A DNA stretch of 64,000 nucleotides, from contig OY970309.1 of assembly GCA_963716395.1 (NCBI GenBank), positions 2,272,001 through 2,336,000 of the forward strand, given 5' to 3'. Each line of letters begins with the position of its first letter. Within the stretch, counting starts at the first letter, position 1. Under the pieces are notes generated by a model that saw nothing but the letters and a program-made list of their open reading frames with translations, searched no databases and was not told the DNA's origin. Both the position numbers and the translations under genes were made by a program. Shown here piece after piece: positions 1 through 10,131 of this stretch. The DNA comes from an uncultured Fibrobacteria bacterium (GTDB lineage: Bacteria; Fibrobacterota; Fibrobacteria; UBA11236).

Positions 1-1279
1 CCGAAATGGGTTTAAGGTTTTCATGCTCAATATGCTTGTGGGCGTTCTCGATCAAGATGATGGCGCCATCGACCATGGCGCCGATGGCGATGGCGATACC
101 GCCCAACGACATGATGTTGGCGTTGATCCCCTGCGCGCGCAGGATGATGAAGGACATCAGAATGGCGGTAGGCAAGGTGAATACGGCCACCAAGGCGCTG
201 CGCGCGTGCAGCAGAAAAACCGCGCACACCAAAGCCACGATGAGCATTTCCTCCAGAAGTTTGTCCTTCAGGTTGTCCACGGCGCGGTGGATCAATCGGG
301 AGCGATCGTAGGTCGGGACGATTTTCACGTCGGGCGGCAAACCCGCCTGCAGGACTTGCAATTTTTTACGCACGGCGTCGATGACCTGGAGCGCGTTTTG
401 TCCGTACCGCATCACGATGATGCCGCCCGCCACTTCGCCTTGTCCGTCCAGTTCGGCGATGCCCCGGCGCATCTCGGGGCCGACAGCGACGTCGGCGACG
501 TCTTTGAGGTAAACCGGGGTTCCCGCGGATGCGTTCACCGCGACGGGAATGTTTTTGATGTCTTCCAGGCTTTTCAAATAGCCCAGGCCGCGCACCATGA
601 ACTCGGCTTCGCCCATTTCGATCACGGCCCCGCCCGCGTCGGAATTGCTTTGGCGGATGGCCGCTTCCACGGCGTTGAGGGAAATGCCGTACGCCTGCAA
701 TTTTACCGGATCGACGTTGACCCGGTACTCCTTCACGAAGCCGCCCACGCTGGCGACCTCGCTCACGCCTGCGACGGCGGCGAGCTGGTACTTCAAATAC
801 CAGTCCTGCAAAGACCGGAGTTCCTGCAGGGAGCGTCGGTCGGAAACCAGGGCGTATTCATACACCCAACCCACGCCGCTGGCGTCGGGCCCGAGCGTAG
901 GCGCCACGCCCGGAGGCAGGCGTTTCTGCGCGGAGTTCAAATACTCCAGCACGCGGCTGCGCGCCCAGTAGATGTCGGTCCCGTCTGTGAAAATGACGTA
1001 CACCAGCGAGTACCCGAAAAAGGAATAGCCGCGGACGACCTTGGCTCCCGGTACCGAAACCATGGCCGTGGTTAACGGATAGGTTACTTGATCCTCCACG
1101 ATGCGCGGGGATTGGCCCGGGTCTTCGGTGTAAAGGATGACCTGCACGTCGCTCAGATCCGGCAAGGCATCGAGGGGCGTATTGAGCAGCGCATAAACCC
1201 CGAAGCCGATGGCGAGCAGGGTCAAAAGAACGACCAGGATTTTATTCTTGATGGACCAGGCGATGATTTTTTCCAGCAT
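1..1279 (-). CDS. cusA: CusA/CzcA-family heavy-metal efflux RND permease, N-terminal part (runs off window start)
   Basis: Missing from the ORF track because it is open at the window edge. Manual translation from ATG 1279: [13 protein letters not shown]...[40 protein letters not shown]...[15 protein letters not shown]...[16 protein letters not shown], classic CusA motifs. Lies downstream of MFP and TolC genes. Confidence 0.93.
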   Translation of the reverse strand, partial: MLEKIIAWSIKNKILVVLLTLLAIGFGVYALLNTPLDALPDLSDVQVILYTEDPGQSPRIVEDQVTYPLTTAMVSVPGAKVVRGYSFFGYSLVYVIFTDGTDIYWARSRVLEYLNSAQKRLPPGVAPTLGPDASGVGWVYEYALVSDRRSLQELRSLQDWYLKYQLAAVAGVSEVASVGGFVKEYRVNVDPVKLQAYGISLNAVEAAIRQSNSDAGGAVIEMGEAEFMVRGLGYLKSLEDIKNIPVAVNASAGTPVYLKDVADVAVGPEMRRGIAELDGQGEVAGGIIVMRYGQNALQVIDAVRKKLQVLQAGLPPDVKIVPTYDRSRLIHRAVDNLKDKLLEEMLIVALVCAVFLLHARSALVAVFTLPTAILMSFIILRAQGINANIMSLGGIAIAIGAMVDGAIILIENAHKHIEHENLKPIS

Positions 1280-1293
1280 GCCGTTCCCCTTGG

Positions 1294-2601
1294 TTAGTTC
1301 ATCGCCGCAGCCGAAGTGTCCGGCCGGCTTGGTGCCGAAGACGTGCCGGGCCCGTTGCCTGCGGGCGCGGCTTGCATTTGCCGGATGGCCGCGTTCAGGT
1401 TGCTTTCGGCGTCGATCAGGAATTGCGAAGAGACCACGATTTTTTCCCCCGCGCGAATTCCTTCCAGCACCTGGACGTATTCGCCGTTGCCGACGCCGAG
1501 CTTCACCGCGCGCGGCTCGAAGTACCCGTTGCCCAGGGCGATGACGGCGAGGTCGCGGCGTCCCGTGCGGAGGATGGCCTGTTCCGGCACGGCCACCACG
1601 TTCTTCCGGGCCGGGGAGCGGAGGCGCACCGTGGCGAACATGCCGGGCTTCAAATCCAGCGAGGGTGTGTTCTTCAATTCGATGCGCACTTCCCCGGTTT
1701 TGCTTTGCGCGTCGAGCACGGGCGCAACGAAAATCACGCGGCCGGCGTAGGTTTTTCCGGGCAAGTAGCTGAGCTCCACTTCGGCTCGCATTCCCACCCG
1801 CACGGCCGACAAATCGCTTTGGTAAACGCTGGCCACCACCCAAACCCGTGAGAGGTCGGCGATTTTATACAGCTCCATGCCCGGCAGGACGTTCTGCCCC
1901 TCCACCACCTTTTTTTCCAGCACCACGCCGCGCGCGGGCGAGACGATGGGTAGGGTGTGGTTCACGCGGCCTCGTTTTTCCAAAGCCCGGATTTCGGCGG
2001 CGGAGATTCCCCAGTTCACAAGTCGTCGGCGCGAGCTTTCCACCAATTCCTGCGGCCCGCCTCCCGCCCCCGGGTCTCTGAGTCCCGCGGAGCGGATGGC
2101 CTCGAGATACTCCTCCTGCGTGCTGACGAGATCGGGGCTGTAGAGATCGAGCAGCGTCTGATTTTTGTCGACCCGTTGCCCGGTATAGTCCACCCGGAGT
2201 TTTTCCACGTAGCCCATGACGCGCACGTTGACGTCGGCGAGGCGGGTTTCCTCGGCTTCGATCCTTCCGCTGGTGCGGACTTCGGTGCGCAAATCCATTT
2301 TTTCCACCGTTGCGGTTTGCACGTTCATGTTTTGCACCATGGTCGGATCGATGTGAATGCCTGTGACCGACGGGTCCCGCGCGTACACCGGAACCAGGTC
2401 CATGCCGCAGGCGGCTTTGCCGGGCTTGTCCGACGTGATCCACGGTTGCATGGGGTCGCGGTAATAGGCGATTTTTTTGGCTTCGGCATCGTGCGGTGCG
2501 GACGTACGGCTATCCTGTTTGGCGGGGCGGGCGAACAAAAGAAACGCAAGGCCCGCTCCCAGAAGAACCGCGGCCGACGGAATCCCAATCCACTTTTTCA
2601 T
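1294..2601 (-). CDS. cusB: CusB-like RND periplasmic adaptor with N-terminal heavy-metal-binding-type motif
   Basis: N-terminal TM; YYRDPMQP...[11 protein letters not shown] motif; [42 protein letters not shown] signatures. Confidence 0.9.
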   Translation of the reverse strand: MKKWIGIPSAAVLLGAGLAFLLFARPAKQDSRTSAPHDAEAKKIAYYRDPMQPWITSDKPGKAACGMDLVPVYARDPSVTGIHIDPTMVQNMNVQTATVEKMDLRTEVRTSGRIEAEETRLADVNVRVMGYVEKLRVDYTGQRVDKNQTLLDLYSPDLVSTQEEYLEAIRSAGLRDPGAGGGPQELVESSRRRLVNWGISAAEIRALEKRGRVNHTLPIVSPARGVVLEKKVVEGQNVLPGMELYKIADLSRVWVVASVYQSDLSAVRVGMRAEVELSYLPGKTYAGRVIFVAPVLDAQSKTGEVRIELKNTPSLDLKPGMFATVRLRSPARKNVVAVPEQAILRTGRRDLAVIALGNGYFEPRAVKLGVGNGEYVQVLEGIRAGEKIVVSSQFLIDAESNLNAAIRQMQAAPAGNGPGTSSAPSRPDTSAAAMN

Positions 2602-3944
2602 TTTCCGTCTCCTTGTGAAAGTTTTTTCCGGATTTCATCTAGGCTGAGGCCGACCGCCTGCTCCAGTTCGGCCTGGCCGGCGAACAATTCCATGACGGCC
2701 GTTTCGCCGTCGAGCTTGGCCTGGTTCAGCGCGCGGTAGGCGTCGAGCAGGTTCAGGAATTCGGTCTTGCCGTCTTGATACGCGGACAAGGCCGATTGCA
2801 GGGCCTCTTCGGCTTGGGGAATCAGAACGTGCTTGGAAACTTGCACGAGGTTCCAGTCGCTGCCGGTTTGCAGCAAAGCATCTTGCGCGTTCGCCGCCAG
2901 CAGGTTGGCCAGATCGGCCTCCTCGGCCTTGGCCTGGTTCAGGTTCGCGACGCTTTGGCCGTATCCGGCCCGGTATTTGGGCGCCGACCAGAAGGCCAGC
3001 GGCAGATTCATGCCGACCATCAATGACCAGAAATCCGCGGCGTGATTCATGTCCATATAGGTGGCCTTCACCATGAAGTCGGGGTAGAAGTCTTTGGCGG
3101 TCACGGCTTGTTCCGCGGCGCGCATCTCGGCCTCGGCTTTGAGGCGCCGGAGTTCGGGATGGTATTCCTCGATCAGCGGGCGGATTTGCGGCAACGTCCA
3201 ATCGGCGGAATCGGGGTTTAACGCGCCGACGGGTGGAAACGGCCGGTCGGTTTTGCGGTTCAGCAACGCATTCAGCCTTGCTTCGTCGGACCGGCGGGTT
3301 TGGGTCAAAGTGAAATGGTCGGTTTGCAGCGTTATCAATTCGGTTTGCGCCCGCAGGATGTCGGCCAGGTTGCCCGTGCCCACTTCGTAACGCTTGCGGG
3401 CGATGGCGACGAATTCGTTCAGCAGGGCCTGGTCATCCCGGTTGATTTCCAGGCGCCGATCCAGCAGGTAGAGCCGGTAGTAGCCGTTCTTGACTTCGCG
3501 GATGATTTTCCATTGCAAAGAGGCAAGCTCCGCCTCGCTCATCCCAACGCGCTGATTCCCGGCTTGGATTCGGGAAGAGATCTTTCCGGGAAAAGGAAAG
3601 GTCTGCTGCATCGAGTAATCCACTTCGGTTCCGTTTTCGACGGGATTGGGGAAAGAGTGGATGGGCGTGCGGAAAAAATCGACGTCGAATTCCGGCGGTT
3701 CCAAATACCAAACCTGGTCGGGAGAAAGTCGGGCGGCGCCGACCTGGAATGCGGCGGCTTTCAAAGCGGGATTGTTTTGCAGCGCTTCTGCCACCAAAGA
3801 AGATAGTGAATCTCCCGCTGCGCTGTCCGAAACTGCCTGCCGATCCCTTGCGGCATCCTCGCGGTCTTGGGCCGGGGCGGGGCCGAAGCCCGACAGCAGG
3901 AGAACGAGCGGAAGGAAACTCGCAAGCTCTGATTTGATGAACAT
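2598..3944 (-). CDS. TolC/CusC-family outer-membrane efflux protein
   Basis: Start placed at ATG 3944 (GGGAGAGG RBS upstream). Signal peptide; ALQNNPAL, QTFPFPGK, YEVGTG...DILRAQ, AYQDGKTEFLNLLDA OEP motifs; overlaps the cusB start by 4 nt. Confidence 0.9.
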   Translation of the reverse strand: MFIKSELASFLPLVLLLSGFGPAPAQDREDAARDRQAVSDSAAGDSLSSLVAEALQNNPALKAAAFQVGAARLSPDQVWYLEPPEFDVDFFRTPIHSFPNPVENGTEVDYSMQQTFPFPGKISSRIQAGNQRVGMSEAELASLQWKIIREVKNGYYRLYLLDRRLEINRDDQALLNEFVAIARKRYEVGTGNLADILRAQTELITLQTDHFTLTQTRRSDEARLNALLNRKTDRPFPPVGALNPDSADWTLPQIRPLIEEYHPELRRLKAEAEMRAAEQAVTAKDFYPDFMVKATYMDMNHAADFWSLMVGMNLPLAFWSAPKYRAGYGQSVANLNQAKAEEADLANLLAANAQDALLQTGSDWNLVQVSKHVLIPQAEEALQSALSAYQDGKTEFLNLLDAYRALNQAKLDGETAVMELFAGQAELEQAVGLSLDEIRKKLSQGDGK

Positions 3945-4128
3945 AACCCTCTCCCGTTGACGTGTTTCTCGTGCATGATGGCTGGACGACGGTGGAAACG
4001 GGCGCTTGACTCCGGGCCCCGGCGGCGCATGAACGGCGCGTTGATCCCGATTTCGGGAACAAACGCAACTCACCGTGCCGGATTGGAAGCGCGCGCGACG
4101 CCGGGGAAAGAAAACCCCGGACGGGATG

Positions 4129-4563
4129 TTAAATCAGAAGTCGGAGACGGGTCAGGTAAAGCGGCGGACTCGAAGAAGCCTGCTGCGTGGGAAGGGAAAA
4201 CGCCGCGCCGTGCGGTTCAAAGGATGGTTCCGCAAGCACGGCAAGTACCACGGCCGCGAACTGCGGAGGCGTAACTTTTTCGGAGGCCAGTTGTGGGCAT
4301 TGGGAATCGACATTCTGAATGCAGCAGGTTTTGGATGGCGTCGACGCCCCGCTATGGCCATCCGGGGATTCCATGGGGCGATGGGAACAGCAGGAATGCG
4401 CGTCGGATGCCTGGGCCGCCGTGCCGCCTTTAAGCCAGGCGCCGATCCTACCGGCGCATCGAAGGTTCACTAAACAGGGGTTGAGGCCCAGACTGGCAAA
4501 AAAAACTGAGACCAGTAAAATGGAAACGGGGTTGCGCAAACGAATTTTTTGAAACCCCTGCAT
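4129..4563 (-). CDS. Small Cys/His-rich membrane/exported protein leading the cus operon
   Basis: Hydrophobic N-terminal segment, HSCCSH and TCC motifs, C-terminal SPPLYLTRLRLLI. Start uncertain (4563-4599). Confidence 0.6.
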   Translation of the reverse strand: MQGFQKIRLRNPVSILLVSVFFASLGLNPCLVNLRCAGRIGAWLKGGTAAQASDAHSCCSHRPMESPDGHSGASTPSKTCCIQNVDSQCPQLASEKVTPPQFAAVVLAVLAEPSFEPHGAAFSLPTQQASSSPPLYLTRLRLLI

Positions 4564-4619
4564 ATCCAAAATGTACCTCATTCGCATGGCCTGGCGCAAG
4601 CGCCTTCGGCTCTGAAAGT

Positions 4620-4644
4620 TTTATCAACCGTTACGCATCGTTAC
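4620..4644 (-). promoter_or_regulatory. Putative OmpR/CpxR-family binding site (three half-sites, 10-bp period)
   Basis: Minus strand reads GTAAC-gatgc-GTAAC-ggttg-ATAAA, resembling the CpxR consensus GTAAA-N5-GTAAA, in the divergent promoter region. Confidence 0.55.
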
Positions 4645-4721
4645 GTCCGGGCAATCCGGGGGCAAGGCTGGGCCAGTATCTTAAAGCCTGAGAGACCGTA
4701 CATTCTCGGAGGAGGGAACCC

Positions 4722-5240
4722 ATGAAACTCAGTCATTTCTTGAAACGCATCCTGCCTATCTATCTCATAATCGGCGCCGCCATCGCCGTCTTCTATGGCT
4801 GCCATCGTCGCGGATTCGAAGGCGATCCGCACAAGATGGCGGATCACATGGTGAAGATGATGACCAAAAAACTGAACTTGTCCAGCACGCAATCCGGCCA
4901 GGTCCAGCAAATCGCGAATGAGATCGCCGATACCTTGGCGGCCCGGCATCAGCAACATCAGCCGGGTTGGCAACCCGAAATCATCAAGCAATTGCGCGCG
5001 ACGGCCGTCGACACCGCGGCCTTGAGCCAGGCCATGGCGCAGCGCCGGGCGAACGCCGAGGAATTGCACGATTTCATGCTGACGAAGTTCGTGCAAATCC
5101 ATGATATCCTGACGCCGGCGCAGCGGGACACCCTGGCCGCCTTCCTAGAAAAGCGGGGCCAGCGGTTTTGGGGCCAGGGCGGGCATCACCCCAGCCACCA
5201 CAGCGGAGCCTATGATCATTCGGGCGACACCGCTCAATAA
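4722..5240 (+). CDS. Spy/CpxP-family periplasmic chaperone, possible lipoprotein, His-rich tail
   Basis: GGAGG RBS; signal ending FYGC; LNLSSTQ and LTPAQR (LTxxQ) motifs; C-terminal GGHHPSHHSGAYDH. Confidence 0.8.
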   Translation: MKLSHFLKRILPIYLIIGAAIAVFYGCHRRGFEGDPHKMADHMVKMMTKKLNLSSTQSGQVQQIANEIADTLAARHQQHQPGWQPEIIKQLRATAVDTAALSQAMAQRRANAEELHDFMLTKFVQIHDILTPAQRDTLAAFLEKRGQRFWGQGGHHPSHHSGAYDHSGDTAQ

Positions 5241-5256
5241 ACACAGCCGGGATGCG

Positions 5257-5279
5257 GACGGCGGGTTCGACCCGCCGTC
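5257..5279 (+). terminator. GC-rich hairpin between the spy-like gene and the response regulator (weak terminator or mRNA stabiliser)
   Basis: GACGGCGGGT-tcg-ACCCGCCGTC perfect stem, followed by only a weak T tract. Confidence 0.45.
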
Positions 5280-5304
5280 TCTTGTACATTTTGTCGGGGG
5301 GGAT

Positions 5305-6018
5305 ATGAAAGCGAAAACATTGTTGATCGACGATGATCGCAAGCTGGCCCGCTTGCTGTCGGATTATCTGGGCCGCTTCGAAATCAAACTGGTGTCCGCG
5401 GGCAGCGGCGAAGAAGGACTGCGCTTGTTGCATGCCGATCCGCCCGATTGCGTGCTGCTGGATTTGATGCTGCCCGGCCAGGACGGCTTCGAAGTCTGCA
5501 AGGGAATTCGCGAGAATTCCGACGTTCCCGTGATCATGCTCACGGCGCGCGGCGAAGTGGCCGACCGCGTCGTGGGGCTGGAAATCGGGGCCGACGATTA
5601 TCTGCCCAAGCCCTTTGAACCCCGCGAACTGGTGGCCCGCATCCAGGCTGTGCTGCGCCGCCGCCAGGGCGGCACGCCGCCGCGGGCCGAGTCGTTGCAC
5701 TTCGGCGACCTCGAAGTGGACCTGGGGCGGCGTTCGGCCTTTTTGAACGGAACGGATTTGCGGCTGACGACCCTGGAGTTCGATGCCCTGGCCGTCTTCG
5801 TGCGCCACGTGGGCGTGGTGCTGAACCGCGATCGGCTCATGGAATTGCTCAAGGGCGGCGAATGGGAGCCGCTCAACCGCTCGCTCGACGTGCTCATCAG
5901 CCGGTTGCGGCAGAAACTGGGCGAAGATCCACAACAGCCGCGTTACCTGAAGACCGTGCGCGGCGCCGGCTATCTATTTTTGGGAAGTACGAATGGCAAC
6001 GGCAACGGCGCCGCTTAA
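5305..6018 (+). CDS. OmpR/CpxR-family DNA-binding response regulator
   Basis: LLIDDD, LLDLMLPGQDG, MLTARG, GADDYLPKPF receiver motifs; RSLDVLISRLRQKL...KTVRGAGY winged helix. Start at ATG 5305. Confidence 0.95.
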   Translation: MKAKTLLIDDDRKLARLLSDYLGRFEIKLVSAGSGEEGLRLLHADPPDCVLLDLMLPGQDGFEVCKGIRENSDVPVIMLTARGEVADRVVGLEIGADDYLPKPFEPRELVARIQAVLRRRQGGTPPRAESLHFGDLEVDLGRRSAFLNGTDLRLTTLEFDALAVFVRHVGVVLNRDRLMELLKGGEWEPLNRSLDVLISRLRQKLGEDPQQPRYLKTVRGAGYLFLGSTNGNGNGAA

Positions 6019-7315
6019 AAAACGGACGCGCTGGCGCCATTCGCTGTTCTTCAAGCTTTTCCTGGTTTTTCTGTTAAGCGGTTTTTCCATCCACCTAGTG
6101 GTGGGCGGGTTTTACCGCTATTTCTGGAACTCCCAGGCGCGCGAGGCCTCGCGCAAAAACCTGCGGCATTATGCCGAGCTCTTGACGCGCGAAATCGGGG
6201 TTCCGCCCGATACGGCCTTGGCGCACAACCTGGCCCGCCAGCTCGGGCTTTCTATCGCCATCCAGGGTCCGCAGGATTTCCGTTGGGAGTCGGCGGGATT
6301 TTCTTCCCGCATTTGGGAACATCTCAAGGCCCATCCCCCCGGAGACTCCACCCATTTCTTCGTACGCCACGGGCGCTTGATCGCGATTGCCCGCTACGAT
6401 CAGCACATTTTTGTTTTCGGTTCCCGCCTGCGCCAGCCCCTGGAAAGTCGCACCGTGGACTGGTTGTTTTTTCTGGCCGTGCTCTCGCTCGTTTGGATCA
6501 TCGCCGGCCTGGTCTTGCGCCAATTCCTGTTGCCGGTGCGCCGTCTGGCCGTGGCCGTGTCCGAAATGGGCGCCGGCAATTTGGCGGTGCGCCTGCGCGA
6601 TCGGGGCCGCGACGAATTGGCCGAGCTCGCGCGCTCGTTCAACGCCATGGCCCAAAGCGTGCAAGAGCGTTTGCGGGCCCGCGATCAATTGCTGCTGGAT
6701 GTCAGCCATGAATTGCGATCGCCTTTGACGCGCATGCGCGTGGCTTTGGAAATGGCCACCGACAGTGACATTGTCGAAAGCCTGCGCGAAGATGTCGACG
6801 CGCTGGAAAAAATGGTCAGTGAGATTCTGGAAACCGAACGGTTGCAAAGTGGTGCGGGGCAATTGCGCCGCGTCGAGACCGATGTGGCCGCGCTCCTGCG
6901 CGATACCGCGGCGGGCTTCGCCGGCCGCCCCCCGGGGGTGGAGACGGCGGCCATCGAGGCGTTGCCCGCGGTGAACGTCGATTCCGAGCGCCTGCGCATC
7001 GTCTTGCGCAATCTGATCGAGAATGCCTTGAAGTACGGGGCCGAGGCGCCCCGGCCCGTCGCGTTGTCGTTGCGCCGGGAAAACGGGTTCGCCGTGATCG
7101 AAGTGCGCGATTCCGGACCCGGGATTCCCGCAGCCGAGCAACGCCTGGTGTTCGAGCCGTTTTACCGCATCGATCGCTCGCGTTCCCAGGCGCCGGGATA
7201 CGGCCTGGGGCTGGCGTTGTGCAAGCGCATCGTCGAGGCGCATGGAGGCGAAATCACCTTGTCCGGCCGCCCGGGCGCCGGCACCACGGTGACCATGCGC
7301 CTGCCCATGGCCTGA
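5993..7315 (+). CDS. HAMP-domain sensor histidine kinase (CpxA-like)
   Basis: Two TMs, HAMP (DELAELARSFNAM), H-box DVSHELRSPL, N-box NLIENALKY, DSGPGI and GYGLGL G-boxes. Confidence 0.95.
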   Translation: MATATAPLKKRTRWRHSLFFKLFLVFLLSGFSIHLVVGGFYRYFWNSQAREASRKNLRHYAELLTREIGVPPDTALAHNLARQLGLSIAIQGPQDFRWESAGFSSRIWEHLKAHPPGDSTHFFVRHGRLIAIARYDQHIFVFGSRLRQPLESRTVDWLFFLAVLSLVWIIAGLVLRQFLLPVRRLAVAVSEMGAGNLAVRLRDRGRDELAELARSFNAMAQSVQERLRARDQLLLDVSHELRSPLTRMRVALEMATDSDIVESLREDVDALEKMVSEILETERLQSGAGQLRRVETDVAALLRDTAAGFAGRPPGVETAAIEALPAVNVDSERLRIVLRNLIENALKYGAEAPRPVALSLRRENGFAVIEVRDSGPGIPAAEQRLVFEPFYRIDRSRSQAPGYGLGLALCKRIVEAHGGEITLSGRPGAGTTVTMRLPMA

Positions 7316-7337
7316 AGCCGCGAAAGGGGAAACTGTC

Positions 7338-7829
7338 ATGTTACCGATGTGGATGTTGGGCGCCGTGCTGTGGGGCGCCTCTGAGGCAAAACCCGTGACG
7401 GTGGATAATTTGAAGCCTTATCAACTCGTTTATTTGGCGGCGCAGCGCGATACCTTGCGCAATTGCGATACCACCAGTTCGTACCGCGCCCTTCTGCGTT
7501 CCTCGAAACACGATGACGAGAATTTGCCTAAAGGGGCCGACGCCTTTACCGCCGCCCACGAGCCCGTCCTGGAATTCAAGTTCTTGAACTCCTCGGGCGA
7601 TTCGCTGTTCTTCATGGCTTCGATGGCCGACAGCGTCGGTCGCGCCCATTACACCAGTCTGTGCCTGGAACGCCGCGACCTTCTGCAGGTTTACGGCGTT
7701 CCCCCGGGAGAGGATTCGACCCGCGGGGAGGGACACCATCGTGGCGGCGGCGGTGGGGGCCGCCACCGCGGCATGGGGGGCTCGGGTGGATCGGGTGGAA
7801 TGGGAGGCATGGAGGGCGGCGGATATTAG
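7338..7829 (+). CDS. Hypothetical exported protein with Gly/Met/His-rich C-terminus
   Basis: AGGGGA RBS, signal-like N-terminus, tail GHHRGGGGGGRHRGMGGSGGSGGMGGMEGGGY; 22 nt downstream of the kinase. Confidence 0.6.
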   Translation: MLPMWMLGAVLWGASEAKPVTVDNLKPYQLVYLAAQRDTLRNCDTTSSYRALLRSSKHDDENLPKGADAFTAAHEPVLEFKFLNSSGDSLFFMASMADSVGRAHYTSLCLERRDLLQVYGVPPGEDSTRGEGHHRGGGGGGRHRGMGGSGGSGGMGGMEGGGY

Positions 7830-7901
7830 GTCAAGGTTGGTTCGTCGGCTGCGCGCATCCTCTCTCTTGTCCGCTCGCGGTGGCGCCGCGAACCGGAAGC
7901 G

Positions 7902-10088
7902 TCAATTCCACAACGTCCAATCGATGCCGAAGCGAAAATTCACCCCGGGCGGATGCACGCCCGGTTCGGTGGCGTAGCGGTCGTGGTTGAAGTTCATGGC
8001 GCGGAAGTAAAACACGAAGGATTTGATTTGCATGCGCGCCGTGAAATCGAGCACCAGGTATTCATCCAGTTTAAGCGGCTCTGACAGTCCGTCGCCGATG
8101 GAGGCGAAGGCGTAGCGCGTCGCGAACCATTCCCAATCCCATTCCGTTTGCAGGTCCATGCGGTCGTCGATCAGTTTGCGGTGCCAGAAGAGTTGGCCTT
8201 TGAAAATGCGATCGGGAAATTCCAAATCGCGCTGGGCGACGCCGAGGTGGGGATCGCGGAGGGCGTCGTTCAGGAGATAGGTGTTGTCGAGCGACAGTTT
8301 CCAGCGGCCCAGAAGGAAGTACAGCGACAGATGCACGACGTCGCGGGTTTCTTCCGCGTAATTCACCCGCTGCAGGGCCAGCGAATCGGGCACGTTATTC
8401 CCGTCGGGGCAAAGCGGCTGCGACTCGAGCGGATAATCGCTGGCGTCGCTGTGGGCGCAGAAATCGGCCCGTGGCAGCACGCGCGGCAGCCAGTTGTCGC
8501 CGTAGCGGTTGCGGTCCCAGGAAGCGCCCACGCCCAGGCGGCTGCCGTTCCAGGCGGTGCCGACGTGCGAACTCCAATCGGAGCGGGGCCGGAGATCGGG
8601 GTTGGGATACAGGTCCAACTCCGGATCCCAGCGGAACAGCCAATCCTCGGGCGCGCCTTCGCGCCGCCAGCCCGTGCCCGCCGTGAGTTGGAAGTGAACC
8701 GGCAGATCCCAGTGCAGGTCTCCGTCGGCGCCGCCCAACCATTCGGTTTTGCCGTCGGGCCGGCTGCGGCGGCCGCCGCCGGCCCGCAGCGTCGCGGCCA
8801 CCGGCCCGGTCCGCGGGTGCGCGTCGAAATCCAGGCTTTCGCTGTCGCCCCAGGCGTTCGCCGCGAGTGCGTCGCCGGCGCCGTGCAGACGCAGCGCCCC
8901 GTCTTCCCGATTGCTGACGAGCGTGACCCGGGCGCGCGGTCGGCCAGGTAACGTTTGGGATACGACTTCGCCCTGCGCCCGATCCTGCGTGCCCGACGCC
9001 GATTCCGCGCTGTCGTAGACGACCGGCTGCAAGGAGCGATCCCACGTCGAATTCCAGACGCCGAGGCGCCACAGGGCCGAGGCGCTGCGATGGGCCGCGA
9101 CGCCGCCTGCGGTGAACAGCGAAAACGAAGCGGGATACAGCAATTGGTTGGAGTCGTTGTCAGCGGCATTGGTGGGCATGGTCAGCGACGAGGCGTTGTG
9201 CAGCCAGTCGGCAAAGGCTTCGACCACGGTTTGCGAGTCGATCCAGAATCCCAGGCGGGGTCGCAATTCCTGGGCGTCGATGCCCTGGGCCGTGTCCGAG
9301 ATCACCAGCGAGGCGCTGTCACGCTTGATGGGATGGTAAATCTGACCCAGGAATCCCCAGCCGCTGAGATAGGGCTGATGCACGTTGAACGAGTAGTTGT
9401 AATACCCCGAGTCGGATTGGTCGGAATGGAATTGCAGGGCGAGATAGGCGCGGTTGCCGACCATGCGGCGCAGGTTCAAGGTGAACTGGTTGGTGCCCAA
9501 GGCTCCGCGCATCCAGTGGATGGAAGTGACGGGCGTATCCACGGGCAGCACCGGCGTCCATACCTCTTCGAGTCGGCCCAGCGTGTCGACCCGGTCCCAG
9601 GGCAGAGAACCGCCCCAGCGATAGGGCGAGGCCGCCAGCGCGGGTTGATAAAAGCTTTGCGGCGCAGCCTGCTCCAGCGATGCCAGCGAAACCAGGCCCG
9701 CGCGCGCGCCGGGAAATCCGATGTCTTGATCGGCCCAATGCAGGGACGTTCGCCAGCAATCTTCCGGCACTTCCAGGGGATCGCGGCAAACCAGATCCGT
9801 TGAATCGGCCGGCCACGTCGGGGCGAAGGGATGTACTGCGGAGTCGGCGGCGGCTTTCAGCGAATCGGATTTTCCCGCCGCGGGGAGCGAATCGGATTTC
9901 GCCGTCGCACCGGGGGTCAGGGTGTCGCGGGCGCCGTGGCCTGCGGAATCGGCCGGCGGCATCTCGGCTTTGACCGGAAGCGAATCCGCCGGATGCGGAA
10001 CGGCGGCCGACAAGGCCACGGCGAAAGCGCCGGCCGCGCAGAACATGGTGTTGCAAAATAGATTCACGGCCGGCCGATTCGCGAGCAA
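7902..10088 (-). CDS. Outer-membrane beta-barrel protein (putative porin, FCB type)
   Basis: Signal peptide, low-complexity ADS linker, amphipathic strands, C-terminal FRFGIDWTLWN barrel signal. True start may be 10046-10065. Confidence 0.7.
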   Translation of the reverse strand: MLANRPAVNLFCNTMFCAAGAFAVALSAAVPHPADSLPVKAEMPPADSAGHGARDTLTPGATAKSDSLPAAGKSDSLKAAADSAVHPFAPTWPADSTDLVCRDPLEVPEDCWRTSLHWADQDIGFPGARAGLVSLASLEQAAPQSFYQPALAASPYRWGGSLPWDRVDTLGRLEEVWTPVLPVDTPVTSIHWMRGALGTNQFTLNLRRMVGNRAYLALQFHSDQSDSGYYNYSFNVHQPYLSGWGFLGQIYHPIKRDSASLVISDTAQGIDAQELRPRLGFWIDSQTVVEAFADWLHNASSLTMPTNAADNDSNQLLYPASFSLFTAGGVAAHRSASALWRLGVWNSTWDRSLQPVVYDSAESASGTQDRAQGEVVSQTLPGRPRARVTLVSNREDGALRLHGAGDALAANAWGDSESLDFDAHPRTGPVAATLRAGGGRRSRPDGKTEWLGGADGDLHWDLPVHFQLTAGTGWRREGAPEDWLFRWDPELDLYPNPDLRPRSDWSSHVGTAWNGSRLGVGASWDRNRYGDNWLPRVLPRADFCAHSDASDYPLESQPLCPDGNNVPDSLALQRVNYAEETRDVVHLSLYFLLGRWKLSLDNTYLLNDALRDPHLGVAQRDLEFPDRIFKGQLFWHRKLIDDRMDLQTEWDWEWFATRYAFASIGDGLSEPLKLDEYLVLDFTARMQIKSFVFYFRAMNFNHDRYATEPGVHPPGVNFRFGIDWTLWN

Positions 10089-10131
10089 GCGGCCGTCGGC
10101 GGAGATGCCGCGGGCGATCCGCGGCCGATCT

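Noticed and set aside
23-1075. 350-aa plus-strand ORF at the window start
   Set aside because: Shadow of minus-strand cusA, which the ORF track misses because it is open at the edge.
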